Positions 15,482 to 20,000 of a DNA stretch of 20,000 bases are shown one piece after another. Where the stretch lies: the IMG/VR virus record IMGVR_UViG_3300029305_009042; one strand, 5' to 3'. Source of the DNA: an uncultured virus (IMG/VR IMGVR_UViG_3300029305_009042) (Duplodnaviria > Heunggongvirae > Uroviricota > Caudoviricetes). The notes below the pieces were generated by a model that worked only from the letters and a program-made list of their open reading frames with translations, did not search any database and was not told where the DNA came from. Within the stretch, counting starts at the first letter, position 1, and the number at the start of each line of letters is the position of its first letter. The position numbers were made by a program, and so were the translations under genes.

Positions 15482-15712
15482 TCAGCTGTGTGCTTCTCTT
15501 ATTGCCAGAAGTTTGAATCCTGACTCCCCTTCCCATTCGTCCCGGAGTCGGATCTCTGGAATATCGGCACCTTCCAGATGCCTTTCCAGGACCTTCACCT
15601 CGGCGCCTGAGTGGGATAGAGCCGGAACCAGATAAGTCCGGTAGACTTCCATAACCACCAGCACTTCATATTCCTTTTCTTCCTGCATTGTGCCTGGATC
15701 TTCATTTTTCAT
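15482..15712 (-). CDS. Small acidic hypothetical protein
   Basis: 76-aa ORF overlapping the upstream gene's stop, with GGAG upstream. Fills the operon. Confidence 0.6.
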   Translation of the reverse strand: MKNEDPGTMQEEKEYEVLVVMEVYRTYLVPALSHSGAEVKVLERHLEGADIPEIRLRDEWEGESGFKLLAIREAHS

Positions 15713-16358
15713 TTCTTAAAACTCCTGTACTGTCTCCTGTTTCCAGATCCAGCGCCATGATCTCGGCACGGATCTTCTGCAGGATCTTGTCCTCAAAAAT
15801 AGACAGATCATCCGAAGCGGACTGCGCTTCCTGATAACCTGCGGAAAATAAAATGGGATCCTCTTGGATCGTTGCCAGATCATTCACAGCAAGTGAGTCA
15901 GTATGAATGAACTTCAGGCAATCCGGCGGGATAAGGATCCCGAAATCTCTTAAGGCGATCTCGATATACGCCATGATTTCAGGATCCAGAATTTCCCGCA
16001 TATCTCCTTCCGGAGGATTCAGCAGTCTCGCTTCCGCCATCACCGCGGTGATGTCATAAGCGTCCGCCGGCTTCCAGAAGGAGGTGCTGTCCAGTGAACC
16101 GCTCGCGATACTGCACAAAGTGATAAAATCCGGGAGGCTTCGATAAAAGGAATCGGTAGTCATGATCTGCTGAAGGCATCCGATACGGGTAATTACCTCT
16201 TCCGGTATTTCCATCCGTGTGTCGGTCTCCAATTCCATTTTTATAGTTTCCGGATCCCAGTTCAGAGCCTCTGTCCCGTACTCGTCTATTAATATAACCG
16301 CGAGTGCGGACATGGAAAGGTCTTTGTTTTGTAATGCGAGCTGTTTACTTTTATTCAT
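15702..16358 (-). CDS. Hypothetical acidic phage protein
   Basis: 218 aa, starting 2 nt after the upstream stop, with the motif YGTEALNWDPETI. No function assignable. Confidence 0.75.
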   Translation of the reverse strand: MNKSKQLALQNKDLSMSALAVILIDEYGTEALNWDPETIKMELETDTRMEIPEEVITRIGCLQQIMTTDSFYRSLPDFITLCSIASGSLDSTSFWKPADAYDITAVMAEARLLNPPEGDMREILDPEIMAYIEIALRDFGILIPPDCLKFIHTDSLAVNDLATIQEDPILFSAGYQEAQSASDDLSIFEDKILQKIRAEIMALDLETGDSTGVLRNEK

Positions 16359-16360
16359 TT

Positions 16361-16654
16361 TTACAATCCGGTATCAAGGATCGTTACTTCTGTCTGGCAC
16401 TGTTCCTTATCGTCCACGCCTTCTGCCAGCGGTATCACTCTGCCGATCTTCTGTACCGACCAGCGCTGTCTGCCGTTGACCAGCAGCCATTCCTGCACGG
16501 TGCGGAGAACGTCATGTTCGTTTTCAAGCGTTTTCTGATCTCCATACAAAGTCAGGACCTGGGTGACACCCATGCCGAGCGGAGACATTTCCGGCTCTTT
16601 AATGATGGCGACTCTGATTTTCGGTTTGTCCTGTGTTTCTACGGTTTTTTCCAT
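16361..16654 (-). CDS. Hypothetical protein
   Basis: 97 aa with a strong SD AAGGAGG. Confidence 0.7.
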   Translation of the reverse strand: MEKTVETQDKPKIRVAIIKEPEMSPLGMGVTQVLTLYGDQKTLENEHDVLRTVQEWLLVNGRQRWSVQKIGRVIPLAEGVDDKEQCQTEVTILDTGL

Positions 16655-16709
16655 AAATTCCTCCTTTTGGGTTAAGAAAACCGTAGTATACCGGACTCTT
16701 CAAAACGTG

Positions 16710-17306
16710 TCAAACGAACGGTTTCAAATAATCAGGTATAATGTCCATGATGCTTTGTTCCAAAGTTTCCATCGCTTCGGAACGTTCATTTTCAGCATCG
16801 AAATAACCGGTGCGTTCCAGTACCCATTCGACCGCGAGATCATAGAACAGTTCATCAGCGCGATACCCGCCCCTTATATCCGCCCAGATCTCATTGTGAT
16901 AACCGCGCCATTCAGGATTCATTGCGGTAAGGAAGCGATCAAACTCTTCACGGTGTTCTTGCAGAAGCGTCATCATCTTTGTTTTATTGAGCTCAAGCTC
17001 TACAATAATCTGGTCTCGGGCGTCGTAGTCCCACCAGATCTCTCTTAGCTCCGGCTTCCGGATCATCTCATACAGATGTCCCTGGATCACATCCCGGTCC
17101 AGCTGCCGTATGTAGGCTTTCGCGACCTGATCCGCGTAAGCTGCAAATGCGCCGGGTTTGAAGCCCAGCTGCTTTCCTTCCGCTTCGGAATACCACGTGA
17201 TGGCATTCTCTCCGCTCAACACCGGATCGTGGAATCCTGGGAACACCACATTACTGGGCGGGCACCATATGACCTTCTCAAAACATCCAAACTTCTCCAC
17301 AGCCAT
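16710..17306 (-). CDS. Hypothetical acidic protein, first gene of the minus-strand block
   Basis: 198 aa with SD AAAGGAG. Confidence 0.75.
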   Translation of the reverse strand: MAVEKFGCFEKVIWCPPSNVVFPGFHDPVLSGENAITWYSEAEGKQLGFKPGAFAAYADQVAKAYIRQLDRDVIQGHLYEMIRKPELREIWWDYDARDQIIVELELNKTKMMTLLQEHREEFDRFLTAMNPEWRGYHNEIWADIRGGYRADELFYDLAVEWVLERTGYFDAENERSEAMETLEQSIMDIIPDYLKPFV

Positions 17307-17452
17307 AGACTCTCCTTTCTAAAAAAAAGTTCCAATATGTAAAAGGGGATCCGGGTCTGCCCCTCTTAAAACCTGGATCTCAAACCTGCGTAAGCCGTTA
17401 CCGATTAAGCGATCTCCCGTACGAAACAGTGGTTTTCTAAAGTCTGCCTTTG

Positions 17453-17461
17453 TGCTATAAT
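17453..17461 (+). promoter_or_regulatory. Extended -10 sigma70 promoter (TGcTATAAT)
   Basis: Perfect TGnTATAAT in the divergent intergenic region upstream of the 17579 gene. Confidence 0.55.
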
Positions 17462-17578
17462 GTTTCCATCTTTGGATCTGCCTTTACTCAAGACAGTCAG
17501 AGATGAACTATAGCTCAAAACAGACCAGAAACCACCACTCCATACGAGAGGTCGCTTGACTGGTAACAGCTCACATAG

Positions 17579-18769
17579 GTGAGATCACCTTATATGCCTC
17601 ATTTTTGGCGATTTTTAAGCCCTATGCTGCAGGAATTTCCGTTTATCCGTCTCGTCGTTTACAACAGTGTTCAAGAGACTACTTATGTTTATTGGGAGCT
17701 GGACTCTCGGCTGCAAGATCCAGGACCTTACCGTTTTCAGCTTCAGACAGCCCGTACTCCAAACCCATCCGATGAGGATTGGACCAACGTCGGGGATGAA
17801 GAGACAGATCCCGCGTTTCTTACCGACTCAGAAACGCCTTCTTACGGCTACCGGCTGGATAAGTATTACCGGATCCTCCTGAAGACCGGAGAGGATACGT
17901 ATGTCTCCAAAGCCTTTGGGACTTTCGGACAGCTTCGGGACCGGGAGTGGCAGATCGCGCGGGAGATCCGCCGCAAAGAACGTCTGCGCTACGGCTACAC
18001 GGCAGTACCCGTAACGATATTAAAAAAGAAAAGTTACGGAGAGCGCTGTCCGGTATGCTCTCCGGATGCTTCGGAAGGCTCTTCCAACTCACACTGCGAG
18101 TATTGTTTCGGAACAGGCTATCTTGGAGGATACTGCACTCCGTTTACCATGCAGGTCATGGACATCAGTCCTTCTCAGCTGAAAGAGATCCATTATTCCG
18201 GCAATGCCGCGACTTTTAATACTGCGGAGGACCGTTACCAGGCCCGCGCGGCAGGTGTTCCGGAACTTAATGAAGGGGACATTCTTATTGACCACTCTAC
18301 TGATCAGAGATTCGTAGTCCGGACCTCACCTGTGATCGCGCAGATACATCGTGTTCCGCTGGTCCGGCAGGTCGATATGCTTCTGCTGCCGTATTCTGAC
18401 ATTGCCTACAGGATCCCGAATGCCAGACAGCTTGTGGTCGGCTGTGGTGCTGTCCGGATCGATCAGGACTACGGTGGAGCAGGAAACCTTCTGTTTATTG
18501 ACGAGCATGGAGAGCCGATCATTGGTGCAGAAGTTCGGCTTCTTGACGAATCCGGCGAAGTGTTATTGATAACAAAAACCGGACCTGGCGGCATCTGGCG
18601 CAAAGCCTTCACCGCGGATCCGGGAAACTATTCGATCCAGTTCCTTGAAACCGGACGGGAACCTGTCTCTGTCCCTGTTGTGGTCTCCGAAGAAGAAGCT
18701 CTTCAGAACCCGGACTATATCAGGGAACAGAAAGAGGAACAGACGGACTATTTAGGGGGTTTCTTCTAA
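17579..18769 (+). CDS. Putative virion neck/head-completion-like protein with Fn3-like N-terminus, Zn finger and C-terminal prealbumin-like domain
   Basis: VYWELD...YRFQLQ...YYRI (Fn3-like), CPVC...CEYCFGTGYLGGY zinc finger, EGDILID...RFVV barrel and DEHGEPIIGAEVRL...GNYSIQF (carboxypeptidase-regulatory-like). Start uncertain (17579, 17594 or 17624). Function is inferred. Confidence 0.65.
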   Translation: MRSPYMPHFWRFLSPMLQEFPFIRLVVYNSVQETTYVYWELDSRLQDPGPYRFQLQTARTPNPSDEDWTNVGDEETDPAFLTDSETPSYGYRLDKYYRILLKTGEDTYVSKAFGTFGQLRDREWQIAREIRRKERLRYGYTAVPVTILKKKSYGERCPVCSPDASEGSSNSHCEYCFGTGYLGGYCTPFTMQVMDISPSQLKEIHYSGNAATFNTAEDRYQARAAGVPELNEGDILIDHSTDQRFVVRTSPVIAQIHRVPLVRQVDMLLLPYSDIAYRIPNARQLVVGCGAVRIDQDYGGAGNLLFIDEHGEPIIGAEVRLLDESGEVLLITKTGPGGIWRKAFTADPGNYSIQFLETGREPVSVPVVVSEEEALQNPDYIREQKEEQTDYLGGFF

Positions 18770-19503
18770 GAACCCGGCTGAAATGGTCCGTATAGATCTT
18801 CGTATCTGTCGTGGGTCTTTGTAAAATCCTCATTCGCAAATCCGCTCATACGCGCCGGGAATTTTCTCCAATCGGGCTCAGGAATAGCCCCGCTGTCGAT
18901 CAGCCCACGAGTGAGATAATGTACCCATGAGACGCAGGTATTCCTGGATCGCGCATCATTTGTACTCGGCAGAATATTCCAGTTGCCGAGGTACCCGTGA
19001 TGACGAAGTGACCGTTTAACAACAGAGTCAACGCCTTTGTTGAAGCGTGCCATCTCCTTTTCGTCCGCAGGATTAAAAGTTGCGAGCGCGTATATTCGAG
19101 AAGCCGGATGTGCTTCAGACGTTGCGTTAAGTGTATCTACACCTCGCTGTGCAGTTTGGTCCGAAATGAGTGTGTGATTTTTTATTGTGTCATCTAGCAG
19201 GTCATAAATACCATCCCCTACATAACCTTTCATGCGAGTATCTCCGAATGGATTAACAGATCTACCCTTCTGCCAGTTGCTTGTGTCAAATGAAATGGCA
19301 TATTGCCCGTTACTCAGTGGGGTGGATTTGGTTTTAATTGTTTTACCGTCATAGACATATGTTCTATCGATAGGTGCATCTGCGTAGCCTATCAGCGAGA
19401 AGTGCTGTAGATTATTTTCAAGAAACGGATCCACCCCCTGCGTTACTTGTATAGGACTTGCGTAGATATACCAGCCCGGCTTAAATCTTTTCTGGCCATT
19501 CAC
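18766..19503 (-). CDS. Hypothetical protein, possible permuted papain-like (His...Cys) domain; in frame with the upstream gene
   Basis: 245 aa from a GTG with a weak SD. Contains QHFSL and later RNTCVSWV. DNA is visibly more AT-rich than its neighbours. Confidence 0.65.
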   Translation of the reverse strand: MNGQKRFKPGWYIYASPIQVTQGVDPFLENNLQHFSLIGYADAPIDRTYVYDGKTIKTKSTPLSNGQYAISFDTSNWQKGRSVNPFGDTRMKGYVGDGIYDLLDDTIKNHTLISDQTAQRGVDTLNATSEAHPASRIYALATFNPADEKEMARFNKGVDSVVKRSLRHHGYLGNWNILPSTNDARSRNTCVSWVHYLTRGLIDSGAIPEPDWRKFPARMSGFANEDFTKTHDRYEDLYGPFQPGS

Positions 19504-19527
19504 TAAAACAGGCTTCCCGTCAGGACC

Positions 19528-20000
19528 TCACTGGATATTCCCTTCCATATGTTTTAGTGATTTTTCAAACATTTCACGTTCCTGTGCTCTGCGATGGCCT
19601 ATTCCAAGTCCGACTGCGGTTCCCATACCAAGCCCGCCAAGCAGCATTTTCCAGTCATACCATTTCTTTCCAAGAAGGGCATTTGCCGCTATCCCTGCAC
19701 CCGTACCGATAGCCGCTCCTCCAAGTCCGCGGGTGATGTAATCTCTGGCAGCAGCAGTTTTAGGGAGCATAGCTAAATAGTCGTCCGTTACTTTCCGACG
19801 TATTTTCTTTTTCCGGCGGGCGAGGGCGGCGGAGTTCAGCAGGGCACCTGTACCGGCACCCAGGATCGTTTCCACACCGCCGGTGATCGCGGAGGTACGC
19901 AGGGTGTTTGGAAAGTCTTTTTCGAAGTCAGCTCTCGGATTGTTGCTGTCCATTCCGTAGAGCAGCGGTGCGCCTCCAAACGCGGCACCGCCCAGCACAC
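19528..20000 (-). CDS. Glycine-zipper protein (5' end outside the window)
   Basis: Repeated GxxxG hydrophobic segments (LGAGTGALL, GLGGAAIGTGAGIAA, GGLGMGTAVGLGIG) and a KTAA motif. The frame is open to the window end. Confidence 0.75.
   Translation of the reverse strand, partial: VLGGAAFGGAPLLYGMDSNNPRADFEKDFPNTLRTSAITGGVETILGAGTGALLNSAALARRKKKIRRKVTDDYLAMLPKTAAARDYITRGLGGAAIGTGAGIAANALLGKKWYDWKMLLGGLGMGTAVGLGIGHRRAQEREMFEKSLKHMEGNIQ

Larger units (their letters stand above)
1..20000. mobile_element. Segment of a large tailed phage genome (replication/recombination block with interspersed packaging and virion genes)
   Basis: Large terminase, DnaB-like and UvsW-like helicases, Mre11/Rad50 pair, many short hypothetical genes with overlapping stops and starts. 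No cellular housekeeping operons. Confidence 0.9.

Noticed and set aside
17577..17590. Palindrome AGGTGA-GA-TCACCT over the start region of the 17579 gene
   Set aside because: Only 6-bp arms, a single occurrence and an uncertain start codon. Too weak to call.
1..20000. Genome-wide stop-codon reassignment (TGA as sense) to explain the 19528 stop
   Set aside because: TGA ends many well-defined genes at natural C-termini, including ATGA overlaps at 3037-3040 and 3336-3339. Coding density is already high in code 11.

Overview
A gene-dense segment of a large dsDNA tailed phage genome (or a phage-derived element). A long minus-strand block encodes replication and recombination functions: a DnaB-like helicase missing from the ORF track, a UvsW-like SF2 helicase, thioredoxin, an SbcC/Rad50 plus SbcD/Mre11 pair, a degenerate DnaG-like protein and a Ycf46-AAA/DUF1257/DUF2997 module. 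Three plus-strand packaging or virion-type genes interrupt it: a lambda-gpA-type large terminase, a KxA-rich protein and a neck-like protein. The most unusual element is 6653-8202. There, a pC194/Rep_1-like HUH initiator that appears to have lost its catalytic residues is followed on the same strand by a CTTGATA nick-site-like sequence, a strand-skewed CTG tract and four hairpins built from tandem sheared G.A pairs. Together these form a candidate origin of replication derived from a rolling-circle replicon. Also notable are head-to-head genes with overlapping ribosome-binding regions, and an in-frame UGA enclosed in an 11-bp stem that separates a glycine-zipper protein from a putative permuted papain-like domain. 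All family assignments come from motif recognition by eye; no database search was run.
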